In this document: positions 25,242 through 38,700 of the stretch, piece by piece
Layout of the letters: each line of letters starts with the position of its first letter
How positions within the stretch are numbered: position 1 is the stretch's first letter
Assembly (NCBI GenBank): GCA_002633005.1
Contig: NMRA01000452.1
Span: forward strand, 158,270 to 222,269
Direction of reading: 5' to 3'
From: Phoronis australis
Lineage: Eukaryota; Animalia; Phoronida
DNA: 64,000 bases
The notes under the pieces: model-generated
Told to the model about the DNA's origin: nothing
Databases searched by the model: none
What the model saw: only the letters and a program-made list of their open reading frames with translations
Made by a program: the position numbers and the translations under genes

Positions 25242-27237
25242 GTGAGTTTGTGATAGTCTATGATTACATGCATACAAACAGGTGCGTCCTCTGCTCATTC
25301 TCTTTCAAATCTGTACTGTCAACTTTTTATTGGAACTATATGTACAAAAAACTAAAGAGTGTTCTCACACTACTTGTAGACCCTGGTTTTCCATTTTCAA
25401 AAACACAGTAACCTGTTTTAGAAAGTACGAAAATCTGTTGTCATTTCCTTTTTTCAAATTAGTTGAATTTTACGATCGGTGTCTTGAAAAACAAGTATTT
25501 TTTCATTGGCATTATGGGAATATGAGGTAATACCTGTGTTGTTGAGTGATGATAATCAGAACTACCTGTCTATGTTGTGTTTGACCGATTCTGTGACCCA
25601 AGCACTTGGCCCTGAATGGAAGTGCAACCTAAGGATTATAAGTGATGGCTTCAGTTATCTCTCGGTGTTACCTGGTGTCCTGTGCTGGTCTCGTCTCACT
25701 GATACTGTCCGTTATCAGCATTTGACTGGCTTCAAGCCAGGCGCACAGTTTGTACTGGACACAGCGGAGTGGTGGTGTGTCACAAGCTCAGGTTAAGTCT
25801 CATCCGGGAGAAAGTTGATTCAGTTGCACGAGCTGCAAACGTGCAGTGCATTCACGGCTTTGGAAATGTGGGAGACTTGTTGTTCAGTGATACAACACCA
25901 CCTTGCATTGCTATATTTTTTGAAGATTTTCTATAGCTATTGCAAAGATGCAGAAAGAAAGTGAAACGATAGCTTAGTTGACAGTTGTACAACCTCTGCT
26001 GCTATGGGGAGTCACTCTTGCTGTTCATCAGCTATCATTTCTGGTTTCCTCAATAGATGTCTTTAGTTCACTGGCTGGCTTTGTTTGCTGTCTCTCCTCC
26101 AGATGCCACCACATATTCTCTGTGTAGGCTACTCATGTAGATGAGTGAGGCTGAACTAATTACAACACAGGGCCTAATGAAGACATATCAGACGACTGCG
26201 GATGTTGTATTGATCTGGTTTGCTTGACGCGCTATTCCTGTGCTGTGTAGTCTTTCAAAGTATATTTATAGGCCATTATTTGGCTTTGTCGACGTCACCC
26301 ATTATTTACTCTCAAGCCGTTGCCATGGCTCAACAGGAAGTGACTTAATCAGTCCATCCGTTATGCAACTTTGCGCGTGCGTTTCTGCGATACTATGCAG
26401 CGGGGTTTCCCCCTTCCGCAAACTCATCAGTGAAATGCCTTTGAGAATGCGTGTTAGTCAGCACAGGTGCTGTCATATTCAGTTGCCATATCGCGTCAGT
26501 ATGAATTAAAATCCTGGTTCTAGTTGACTTACTTGAGGTGTATGACGCATGTGTATGTTAACCGTTGCACTTGAGTGGAGCTGAACAGTCCACAGCATGG
26601 CAGGCTTATTTAATATGTCACCTTGGAGACGGTGTAGCAATGTGAAATAGTGCATCGGTGAGCTCTCCCTCTCTCAACTGCCGCAGTTGACGTTCTGATT
26701 AACAAAGAGATGATTAGTAATGTTGAGTTTTATCCTTATTGAGCATTTTTGTCGAACAGCGGTGCTGAAAAACGTGCCTTCAACTTCTTTGTATTTAAGA
26801 AAATCATAGTTTTTGTTTGTAAGCAGTACATAGCACTGTAGAGCACATTTGAACACCCAGGCGTGTTGGGAGGGCCTTTCAAACATGTTGCAAGGGTTAG
26901 CAAACGTATTAAAACGGGTCATGAACAACACTCCTGTCACATGAGCTAGGAATGAACCAGTTGGCACCTCAGAACCTCACGCACATTGTTTGTTGCCTCA
27001 AACACTTCTGAGCTGAGTAAATAAATTTGTCAACAATTAAGCCTATCAACTACTTACATTTTATTTGAACAAGTTTAATTTTTTAAATGTAATTTATTTT
27101 TTTCAAGACATGATGCCTTCTTGTGTTGAGTATTTTTTCTCGGGACATTGAATTTTAACCAGTGGTCAGTGGCATAAATAACTTTTCAAGTGTAATTTTA
27201 CATAGAAATTCTTTATATAGTCAGAGAAAATAGTGTA

Positions 27238-28200
27238 CCGTATTCGTCCTAATAAGCGCCCATGCCCTTATAAGTGCCCCCCATGCGTTTTCAGACTTTG
27301 CTAAAATAAGTGCCTAGTCCATGAACGTGTACATGTGAAAAATGCCTTACCTACTATTTTAAAATTCTACAGTAATGCCTTCAATTTATCACTAAGATTC
27401 GATAGTCCTGAAAAAATCGTGCGCGGAATTGTGGACCACGAGCCTTGCGTGGCCAGGAAGCAGCAAAGAATAAATATTTGCACTTATTTCTGGAAGTTTC
27501 TAATACTGTAAAAAACGTTTGCGTCATTTTAGGAAGAATTATTGAATTAATCGTACTTGGTGTTTTTGAAGTCAAAATGACCCACTGATAGTTAACACTT
27601 ACGCACCCGTACACCCTCCGAATCTCCCGGAAAATAACTGTTAGAGTGTCACGCATCCAGTCACCTGGCGGCTCAATGACATTTGATATCGACCTTACCG
27701 AGACAATTATCACACGTTTTTTAGCAGATGAGATCAACAAGTGCTAAATAAAACGCGTTCCATTGTGTTAATGTATTTAGTTACAGTGCACAGCTAGATC
27801 TTTCTATTGTATATTGTATTTACACTGGCAAATGAAGTCTGATGACAGTCACGCGCTCGCTGCGCACTCATAGATGTAGACGAACTTTAAAACAAACATC
27901 GCGTGACAACAACGTGTGTGTTTGTCCAGAGATTTTTCTCGTTTTTGCCCTGGGATTTCAGCACAATTTTCTGAAAAATAATCTAATTTAACAACAAAGT
28001 TTGATAGCAATTCACCTCAATTTTGTAGAAAGTCTGTCATAGATTGTAGATGCGTCACAGAGCGTAAATGTGATGAATCCTAGCTTACGATTTCACCTGT
28101 TTCAGAGACCGGGTTTAAACCACTTTGGGCTGTAATAAGCGTCCCCCTCCCTGAAGCCAATTTTTCTAAGCTCCCTGGGCGCCATTTAGGGTGAATACAA
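27238..28200. mobile_element. TA-flanked Tc1/mariner-pogo-like MITE (second copy 29945-31075)
   Basis: ta|ccgtattcgtcctaataagcgccc ... gggcgccatttagggtgaatacaa|ta. Confidence 0.7.
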
Positions 28201-28787
28201 TAATTTTCGTCTCCGGGTTTCATCTGCTCTTTTGTGCAGGTAGAAAAATCACAAGGTAGACCTTGTTGTTGAATGATAGGACTGTTAACAATCTTCTCAG
28301 CTGCAACTTCTCAATCGTGAATTGTATTATAAGAAAGAACAATTTCTCGTGGTTTGTTGAACCCCTGTTTTGTGTAAATTTATTGAGTTATGTGTTTGAC
28401 ATGGACGGCGGAATTGAAGCACCTGTGGAATTTCTAGTCCCGAGTGTCATACCTTGTAGTATTATATAGTGTACTGGGGACGATCAGAAGCTGAGGACGC
28501 CTGTGATGGGAAATACCACAGGATCATAAAGTGCACTGTGACATTCTTGGAAACAACTCTCGTTGAAGCCTGGTTCTCACTGGAGAAGCAAGTCAAGTTC
28601 TTTTTTTTAAAGCGTACACAACATTCAGCTCTTTCATAATCTTGTTTTATATAGAACTGGTCTCAAAATCAGTTGGTGTGGTTACTGTTTTCAAGTCTAG
28701 GCTAGTCCCCTTAGGCTGGAGTTCACGTACTGGGACTGCTGGAGGAGTTGAGGAAAATAACCTTACACCACTGTACAGTAGTACATA

Positions 28788-29083
28788 CGGTAAAGTCGCG
28801 TGATTTTCGGACACTGAAAATTAATTCCAATAGAAAAAATTCATTCTTGGACGAATCTCGCGAAATATCATTTTGTGGTGTCCGAATTTGGCGAACCTCC
28901 AAATTTGGGTTTCCGCTAGTGTCCGAATTTCGTGGGTGTACATTATTTCGATGAGCGGTCGTAGCATCAACAATGCTGGCTCGGTCATTTGATAGCAGTA
29001 TAATTGCAGGTAAATGAGACTCAAATGGTCTGAGCGATTAATTTTTGAAAATCTGGCTTTCCCAATAAGAAATGTGCGCCGTC
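28788..29083. mobile_element. Start of a TA-inserted element present only in copy A of block 2, truncated by the contig break
   Basis: Copy A reads gtacata|cggtaaagtcgcgtgattttcggacac where copy B continues gtacata|ttggg. Internal ttcggacac / gtgtccgaa motifs. Confidence 0.6.
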
Positions 29084-32000
29084 NACTGTGTAGTCTTTCA
29101 AAGTATATTTATAGGCCATTATTTGGCTTTGTCGACGTCACCCATTATTTACTCTCAAGCCGTTGCCATGGCTCAACAGGAAGTGACTTAATCAGTCCAT
29201 CCGTTATGCAATTTTGCGCGTGCGTTTCTGCGATACTATGCAGCGGGGTTTCCCCCTTCCGCAAACTCATCAGTGAAATGCCTTTGAGAATGCGTGTTAG
29301 TCAGCACAGGTGCTGTCATATTCAGTCGCCATATCGCGTCAGTATGAATTAAAATCCTGGTTCTAGTTGACTTACTTGAGGTGTATGACGCATGTATATG
29401 TTAACCGTTGCACTTGAGTGGAGCTGAACAGTCCACAGCATGGCAGGCTTATTTAATATGTCACCTTGGAGACGGTGTAGCAATGTGAAATAGTGCATCA
29501 GTGAGCTCTCCCTCTCTCAACTGCCGCAGTTGACGTTCTGATTAACAAAGTGATGATTAGTAATGTTGAGTTTTATCCTTATTGAGCATTCTCGTCGAAC
29601 GGCGGTGCTGAAAAACGTGTCTTCAAATTCTTTGTATTTAAAAACGTAGTTTTTGTTTGTAAGCAGTTGGGACCTCAGAACCTTACACACATTGTTTGTT
29701 GCTTCAAACTCTTCTGAGCTGAGTAAATAAATTTGGCAACAATTAAGCCTATCAACTTCTTACCTTTTATTTGAACAAGTTTAAATTTTTTTAATGTAAT
29801 TTGTTTTTTTCAAGACATGATGCCTTCTTGTGTTGAGTATTTTTTCTCGGAACGTTGAATTTTAACCAGTGGTCAGTGGCATAAATAACTTTTAAAGTGT
29901 AATTTTACATAGAAATTCTTTATATAGTCAGAGAAAATAGTGTACCGTATTCGTCCTAATAAGCGCCCATGCCCTTATAGGTGCCCCCCATGCGTTTTCA
30001 GACTTAGCTAAAATAAGTGCCTAGTCCATGAACGTGTACATGTGAAAAATGCCTTACCTACTATTCTAAAATTCTACAGTAATGCCTTCAATTTATCACT
30101 AAGATTTGATAGTCCTGAAAAAATAGTGCGCAGAATTGTGGACCACGAGCCTCGGGTGGCCAGGAAGCAGCAAGAAATAAATATTGGCACTTATTTCTGG
30201 AAGTTTCTAATACTGTAAAAAAACGTTTGCGTCATTTTAGGAAGAATTATTGAATTAATCGTACTTGGTGTTTTTGAAGTCAAAATGACCCACTGATAGA
30301 TAACATTTACGCACCCGTACACCCTCCAAATCTCCCGGAAAATAACTGTTAGAGTGTCACCTGGCGACTCAATGACATTTAATATGTACCTTACCGAGAC
30401 AATTATCAAACGTTTTTAGCAGATGAGATCAACAAGTGCTAAATAAAACGCGTTCTATTGTGTTAATGTCTTTAGTTACAATGCACACCTAGATCTTTCT
30501 ATTGTATATTGCATTTACACTGGCAAATGAAGTCTGATGACAGTCAAGCGCTCGCTGCGCACTCATAAATGTAGACGAACTTTAAAAACAAACATCACGT
30601 GACAACAATGTGTGTGTTCGTCCAGAGATTTTTCTCGTGTTGCAGAGTACGATCTAGTACAGATTTGGACTTAATGTGCATTTAATCACCACTCCACAGG
30701 AACTTAAAAATCATGAATACTTAAGGTAATTTGATGAGTCTAAACTATATTTTTATTCCAAAATTTAAGTTGACCTATCGGCGATCGCGAGGCAGCGACG
30801 CATCAGTCGGCGAGTTTTTGCCCTGGGATTTCAGCACGATTTTCTGAAAAATAATCTTAATTTAACAACAAAGTTTGATAGCAATTCACCTCAATTTTGT
30901 AGAAAGTGTGTCATAGGTTTGTAGGTGCGTCAAAGAGCGTAAATGTGATGTATCCTAGCTTACGATTTCACCTGTTTCAGAGACCGGGTTTAAACCACTT
31001 TGGGCTGTAATAAGCGTCCCCCTCCCTGAAGCCAATTTTTCTAAGCTCCCTGAGCACCATTTAGGGTGGATACAGTAATTTTCATCTCCAGGTTTCATCT
31101 GCTCTTTTGTGCAGGTAGAAAAATCACAAGGTAGACCTTGTTGTTGAATGATAGGACTGTTAACAAACTTCTCAGCTCCAACTTCTCAATCGTGAATTGT
31201 ATTATAAGAAAGAACAATTTCCCGTGGTTTGTTGAACCCCTGTTTTGTGTAAATTTATTGAGTTATGTGTTTGATATGGACGGCGGAATTGAAGCACCTG
31301 TGGAATTTCTAGTCCCGAGTGTCATACCTTGTAGTATTATATAGTGTATTGGGGACGATCAGAAGCTGAGGACGCCTGTGATGTGAAATACCACAGGATC
31401 ATAAAGTGCACTGTGACATTCTTGGAAAAAACTCTCGTTGAAGCCTGGTTCTCACTGGAGAAGCAAGTCAAGTTCTTTTTTTTAAAGCGTACACAACATT
31501 CAGCTCTTTCATAATCTTGTTTTATATAGAACTGGTCTCTAAAATCAGTTGGTGTGGTTACGGTTTTCAAGTCTAGGCTAGTCCCCTTATGCTGGAGTTC
31601 AGCTAATCACGTACTGGGACTGCTGGAGGAGTTGAGGAAAATAACCTTACACCACTGTACAGTAGTACATATTGGGTGAATTTTGTTTTAAATGTGTAGC
31701 TAAAACATCTCAATTCTCCATAAAAAGATAAACTAATAATGCTTTTACCAGGTGTTTTGTCACTGCGATCATGGACATCAAACTTTGAACAAAGTAATAT
31801 ATTTCCAGGATCTTAGAGGAAGCTAATGCGCTTTGGTTGAGATGTAAATGGTCTGCCATTAAATTTGCATTTAATTATTTGGCTAGATATAATATTACAT
31901 AGATATCAAATTTTAAAATCTTGAAATGTCTTAGATATTGGGTTTTCAGAAACCTTTGGTTTTCACCTGTTCAATAGTGACGATTGCCTTAGGGTGCAAT

Positions 32001-33635
32001 GTTTCAGCTTATCTGAATGAAGTTCTTAGTCGCCATCACAATTAATCTATTGACACCCACAACTTCCTGTCCATCTCCTTGGCAACAATGTAAGAAGATG
32101 TTCATGAAGTGAGGAGGTTCAGTTTACGTCTATTTTACACTTAGTTGATGCTGTTAACATTGAAAATGTTATTAACAAATGATTTATTTTGAAAGAGAGG
32201 GACAAGCTCCAGTCTTTCATTGATGTTCCATCATTTTATGATCACATTGCTGAAAATTTGTTTTTTCATCAATCATAGTGAAAAAATAAAATGCCTGAAC
32301 TAGGCAAGTCATTAGAGGTATGAAGGAAAACTGTGTTACTATTGGTCAACCTTCTTCTATTTGAAGGCTCATCCGTCAAATTTGTGATTTGTCATTAGGA
32401 AGATTGAATTTTGTGATCATGCACATGTATAAAATAGATCTGAGAGACAAGAACACACACACACGCACACACAGGCCTACTTTCGCTGGCACACACGGGA
32501 ATATGTATTGGAAAATAGTAAACATGGGATTATGAATTGATTTTTTTCTCTGTCAGTGTTGAACATTTTCATGATTAGCATAGGATTATAACCAGTCATT
32601 AATCAAGGACAAGTAGGCAGCCTCAGCTGCCTTCTTTATTGCCACACTTGCCTGTCATAGCTCATAGCATGTAGGCTCCGCCCCCTGTTCTCCTTATTAG
32701 GCAGTGTGTGGGCAGGCTTGATGTCTTGTGTGGAATATGAAATTGTTCATTCATCGTGGCTGATTTGTATTGTTGGCGGACATGCCAGCTAGCTGGAGTT
32801 GTTGACAGTTTGCTGTAGTTGACAGTCTTATGTGTGGGGAGTTACAACTAAAACCTGCTGTGCCAATAATGTGGTTGTATACCGAAGGTGCCTTCTACAT
32901 GCCTTGTGCCCCTTGTGTCCTTATCTACCTGTGATAACATTCATTGGTTATCAGCTGTCAACTCCTGAGCAGAAAACAGTGCTGGATATTTGTTATATAT
33001 CGTGGATGTCTACGGAGTTCTTTTGCTTACCTGTTACTGACATCTGACTCATCCACGTAATTACTGGTTCACATTGTGATATGTGATTGTCGAGGCTCCC
33101 GACACCAGGTGGACCTATGGTTGACTGTCTTGACTACTGAGAGATGGTTTTTAAGCTTCTTGTCTCAGCTTGATGTGTAATCTGGATTATTGCTATTGTG
33201 ACCCGTCGACCTCTCCCTCATCGAGAGAGTGCGTGCCCGAGCTGTCCACCGAGCAGGTAACAGATGGTGGCGACTTCTGGAGGGAGGTGGGACGGTTGTC
33301 GCCGGGCGATGTCTACTTCTATTCGCCCAACTCGTGTGTCATGTGTGTGTCTGCATCACAGCAGCTGCTTCAGGTGAGATTGCTCATTCAGGAGATTGGG
33401 GCGAATTATATGCAGATGTAGCACAGCAGCCATTCACGTTATGAGTGGCGGAGGGGCATTTATTGCAGTTTGTCAATGAAAATTTCCGGTCGCCCCTAGG
33501 GTTTCAGCTGTTGGCTTATTTTCCCAAGGTATATCAGATTGTGTATGTTACTGGTTGCCCTGTACAAGTTGTACAGCTAGATTGATGGCATAGATAGGAA
33601 TTTTGTTTGGGTTTGCATGTACTCCAGCCCCCTCC

Positions 33636-34042
33636 TTACACAGCTTACTCTAGAACAACTTGTACTAGTGCAACATACCCCACTTATAAGAGGTGTGTCC
33701 ACACGCACACTGTCCGATAACTAGGATAAGACAGAAGTTGTCGCTCTGCGTGGCAATACACGTCTAAATGTAAGTACGGCGTGCAAAAGAACACTTGTCT
33801 GTATGTAACCACAGCTGGCAATTACTTCCGCCCTGCCCCACTTTGCGGCCACACAGTGATTACAAGTGGCGCAAGTTACCCTGGAACAAGTTACCCCACC
33901 TCAATAATGTGGAGTATGTTGTCACAAGATGGGGTAAGTTGCACGAACTTAGATAGCATCCAGGTAGCACTCAAGCCTAACAACATCTCGTTGCAGTTAT
34001 TATAACTTGTTCTGGGGTAAGTCTGTGCGTGGACAGCACTTA
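33636..34042. mobile_element. Degenerate inverted-repeat element
   Basis: cacagcttactctagaacaacttgta pairs with tataacttgttctggggtaagtctgtg. Internal aagttaccc repeats. Confidence 0.45.
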
Positions 34043-34653
34043 GTTCTTTTGATTGCTTACTGGGTAATTGCCCGTGATATAATTGGTCTGGTGGGAACTT
34101 GTACTCACCAACTTACCAGTATATATTGCCATATGGTTTTGTAAGAATGCTTGTAGTCATCAACAGGTGGACACTTGCTATTTGTTTATCTTTCCTGTGT
34201 ATACATCTCAACTCATCATTTGGTACATTCTGCATCCACGATGATGTTTGGTGAATTCATAATTTTGTAATTCCAAACCTTCCATATGGTACTACAGGTG
34301 CCTTACCTGATCACTGGTGGGCGTTCTTATCTGGTTACACATTGATGTTTGGTTTAGGTTACCTATTCCTTTGTGCAATGTGACAATCACACAGTGGTAT
34401 GACGGACTGTTTAATAATGTCTAGGTTTTATTTTGCTGCAGGATTTCTATATTCGGTGTTCAGCCATATGTTTGTTTTTGTTAAAAGCTAGATACCTGAC
34501 TGTGGTATGGTGGGTAAAAGTGTGAAGACTTTGGGCGCTGCAATATTTATTTTATGGATTCAGGCAAAGGTGACTACTGGAAATTCCCCATATAAAAACA
34601 TCATTTCTGAAATCTATTTGTGTGTTTACACAAATGTCTAGCCTATTTACATT

Positions 34654-34830
34654 GGCACTATGTTTGAGTTATAGTACTGGACTGGCAATCTATAGGTCCC
34701 CAGTTCAACTCCAGCTTGCGCCAAGAAAAATTAAAGAGTTGTCATCATGGACCACCATGAGTGCTGCGTACACCCGTCTCAGGCTTCTAAGAGTGTTGTA
34801 ACCTCTTTGTGGCTATAGGTGGTACAACTG
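34654..34830 (+). mobile_element. tRNA-derived SINE-like relic (second copy about 36406-36580)
   Basis: gtactggactggcaatctataggtccccagttcaactccagc resembles a tRNA anticodon/T-arm region with a B-box-like GTTCAACTCC. No acceptor stem. Confidence 0.35.
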
Positions 34831-35605
34831 TTACTGTATGTTAACTTATATTTGAGAAAAAAATTATTTGGCAAACGAGAATATAATCGATAATAATCAT
34901 ATTCTTCCAAAAAAGAATATAGTCAAATTGCTGATAACGTTTATATTCCCACTTGTGTTGCCTATGTCTTTGTCCTTGTTGTAAACATGGCTACAAGAGA
35001 TCTCAATTGTATGATCCACTTGAAAGTTATGTACAATGCTTATCTTGTCAGTAGCTTGAGGTCGCTCATTTTTTGGATGAAATCGAATGCAAGATGGCTC
35101 TGTGGCGGTCATATTGGAGCTCTATCTCACATCCTTTGACTGAACCTTCCCAAATTTGGTATGCAAAAAGATCTCCCCATGGGCTATCTGTAGTGTGTTA
35201 CTGGTATCTTGAGTAACGCGAGATTTCAATGCAATTTTATGGTTTATCATTTACTGTTAGTTGGTGTAGTAGATGCCGGGGGTCGTCGTTGTCGATGTTC
35301 TTGGTTTCTTTGTGTGCCTCATCTCTAAATATTCGTTCAATTTTGCCAAGTGTCGCTCTTCAGTACCCTTTGATTTAATACCACAAGAAGGCATTCCTAA
35401 TTCAAGTAACAGCTTGGAGCGACCCGAGTTCACCCATTGCTTCAACCAGAAGACTTGCTGTCACTAACTTGATTTAGTCTGCTGTTGAGTCAAATTTTGG
35501 GTTGGCCTTAATAGACATGTCATAAGTACCAATAAATTATATAGATATGATTTCATACCATGTATGAATGTTACGTTATTGAGAGAAGAAATGTGTCCGC
35601 AGCTT

Positions 35606-35729
35606 GTCGAGCACCTCAATATCAGTACTGGTCATGTGATACTAGTCGAGCACCTCAATATCAGTAGTGGTCATATGATACTAGTCGAGCACCTCAATAT
35701 CAGTAGTGGTCATGTGATACTAGTCGAGC
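35606..35729. repeat. 39-bp tandem repeat, 3 copies (2 copies in block 3 copy B)
   Basis: Unit gtcgagcacctcaatatcagtagtggtcatgtgatacta. Confidence 0.95.
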
Positions 35730-38700
35730 CTGATCACCATTCTTTCCTCTCACCTCCGTATAACTGGTGGCTCATGCCTAATGCAATTTCTGTGTTGTGA
35801 AGTAATAGTTTGCTTTGTTCTCCCCTTACTGAGCAGTAAAACTGTTTCCTGCTTTAATTAAACTCGGAATTACCTGATAGCGTGCTGGTAAAATAGTGAG
35901 GGGGAGAAATAGTCGAAGAGATTCTGTCGACTGTCACTAAAATGATAAAACTTGCGGTTAAATCTCATTAATTTCGGACAAAAGCTACTGCCAAAATTTT
36001 TTTAATTTCACTATGTTAGAAGACCCATTGTAGTGAATGTCCATTATTTTTCAAAATTTTACTGTGGTGCAAAGCTTAAACATGGAAAAACTTTGAATGT
36101 TGGGAGGTACATACCTTNNNNNNNNNNNNNNNNNNNNNNNNNNNNNNNNNNNNNNNNNNNNNNNNNNNNNNNNNNNNNNNNNNNNNNNNNNNNNNNNNNN
36201 NNNNNNNNNNNNNNNNNNNNNNNNNNNNNNNNNNNNNNNNNNNNNNNNNNNNNNNNNNNNNNNNNNNNNNNNNNNNNNNNNNNNNNNNNNNNNNNNNNNN
36301 NNNNNNNNNNNNNNNNNNNNNNNNNNNNNNNNNNNNNNNNNNNNNAAAAACATCATTTCTGAAATCTATTTGTGTGTTTACACAAATGTCTAGCCTATTT
36401 ACATTGGCACTATGTTTGAGTTATAGTACTGGACTGGCAATCTATAGGTCCCCAGTTCAACTCCAGCTTGTGCCAAGAAAAATTAAAGAGTTGTCATCAT
36501 GGACCACCATGAGTGCTGCGTACACCCGTCTCAGTCTTCTAAGAGTGCTGTAACCTCTTTGTGGCTATAGTTGATACAACTGTTACTGTATGTTAACTTA
36601 TATTTGAGAAAAAAATTATTTGGCAAACGAGACTATAATCGATAATAATCATATTCTTCCAATAAAGAATTTAGTCAAATTGCTGATAACGTGTATGTTC
36701 CCTCTTGTGTTGCCTATGTCTTTGTCCTTGTTGTAAACATGGCTACAACAGATCTCACTTGTATGATCCACTTGAAAGTTATGTACAATGCTTATCTTGT
36801 CAGTAGCTTGAGGTCGCTCATTTTTTGGATGAAATCAAATGCAAGATGGCTCTGTGGCTGCCATATTGGAGCTCTAGCTCACATCCTTTGACTGAACCTT
36901 CCCAAATTTGGTATGCAAAAAGATCTCCCCATGGGCTATCTGTAGTGTGTTACTGGTATCTTGCTACGACATTCTTGAGTAATGCGAAATTTCAATGCAA
37001 TTTTATGGTTTATCATTTACTGTTAGTTGGTGTAGTAGATGCCGGGGGTCGTCGTTGTCGATGTTCTTGGTTTCTTTGTGTGCCTCATCTCTAAATATTC
37101 GTTCAATTTTGCCAAGTGTCGCTCTTCAGTGCCCTTTGATTTAATACCGCAAGAAGGCGTTCCTAATTCAAGTAACACCTTGGAGCGACCAGAGTTCACC
37201 CATTGCTTCAACCAGAAGACTTGCTGTCACTAACTTGATTTAGTCTGCTGTCGAGTCAAATTTCGGATTGGCCTAAATAGACATGTCATAAGTATCAATA
37301 AATAATATAGATATGATTTCATACCATGTATGAATGTTACATTTTTGAGAGAAGCTTGTCAAGCACCTCAATATCAGTAGTGGTCATGTGATACTAGTCG
37401 AGCACCTCAATATCAGTAGTGGTCATGTGATACTAGTCGAGCCTGATCACCATTCTTTCCTCTCACCTCCATATAACTGTGAGGGATCATGCCTAATGCA
37501 ATTTCTGTGTTGTGAAGTAATAGTTTGCTTTGTTCTCCCCATACTGAGCAATAAAACTGTTTCCTGCTTTAATTAAACTCGGAATTACCTGATAGCGTGC
37601 TGGTAAAATAGTGAGGGGGAGAAATAGTCGAAGAGAGTCTGTCGACTGTGTCACAAAAATGATAAAACTTGCGGTTAAATCTCATTAATTTCGGACAAAA
37701 GCTACTGCCAAAATTTTTTTAATTTCACTATGTTAGAAGACCCATTGTAGTGAATGTCCATTATTTTTCAAAATTTTACTGTGGTGCAAAGCTTAAACAT
37801 GGAAAAACTTTGAATGTTGGGAGGTACATACCTTATTTAAAAAGGACAAAACAAAATGTCACACTTGTCAGCAATTTTGTGACCTAAATTGTAAATTTTA
37901 TTGTACCTATTTTCAACACAAAACAAATATTTGGCTTTTACATGGCGATGACCTTATCATTATCAGACTGAAGCAGTGTTGTGGTGAAATTGGTTTGGAC
38001 ATGCTCTGCAACAGAATAGAATGTTGTACTATTTTTTTATTCCATGAGACGTAAGTAGTGCTCAGATGCTTTTCCATGTTCAAAGTTTGTACGGCTGCTA
38101 CTGCCTGGCATAGTTTAGAAAAGCTGTAGGCATTCATAGCAGCCTTCGAAAAAGGGAAAAATTGTTTTTGTCACTTTTTGTCACTTTCATGCCAATATTC
38201 GTTTTACTTCACATCTCTAAAAGTTATAAATTTTCACTTTTAGACACCCATGCTCTGCTTCACGCTCTCCTATTATTGAGACTTTGAAAGCACCCTAGTT
38301 TTTGTAAGCACTCGTCTCGCGTGAATTTGAGCTCCCAAAATTTGTAGACTCTTACCTCACTACATAGTTACGCCAATGTTTTCTTGGACTCTGTCCGTGA
38401 AGCCCCATGCTTGGCTTAATCACCGTGTGATTTTTAAGGTTCTCGATTCAACCCAAGTAGACATGTGCAGTAGATACATTTGCGAAAGAGCGTCAAAATC
38501 TCACTAATTTTGTTGAAAAATATTTAATGTTTCCTGAGCAATGTTTTCAAGTGCTTACCACATTTTAAGATGTCTGATGACAGCTGCAGTGTTGAACTGA
38601 TTTTGATACCTTAATTCAGCATCTATAAGGTGAGTGGATACATTTTTTGAAAAAAAATGAAACGACTGAATTTCCCTCGTCTTTTGTATTGTGGATTAAG

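Larger units (their letters stand above)
26243..31671. repeat. Duplicated block 2: 26243-28787 vs 29086-31671, joined at the single n at 29084
   Basis: Colinear near-identical sequence with reciprocal indels of roughly 140-180 bp. Confidence 0.95.
34594..37834. repeat. Duplicated block 3: 34594-36117 vs 36346-37834, around N gap 36118-36345
   Basis: Colinear near-identical sequence; both copies abut the gap. Confidence 0.95.

Noticed and set aside
34654-34720. tRNA gene
   Set aside because: B-box-like motif only, with no cloverleaf or acceptor stem. Treated as a SINE-like relic.
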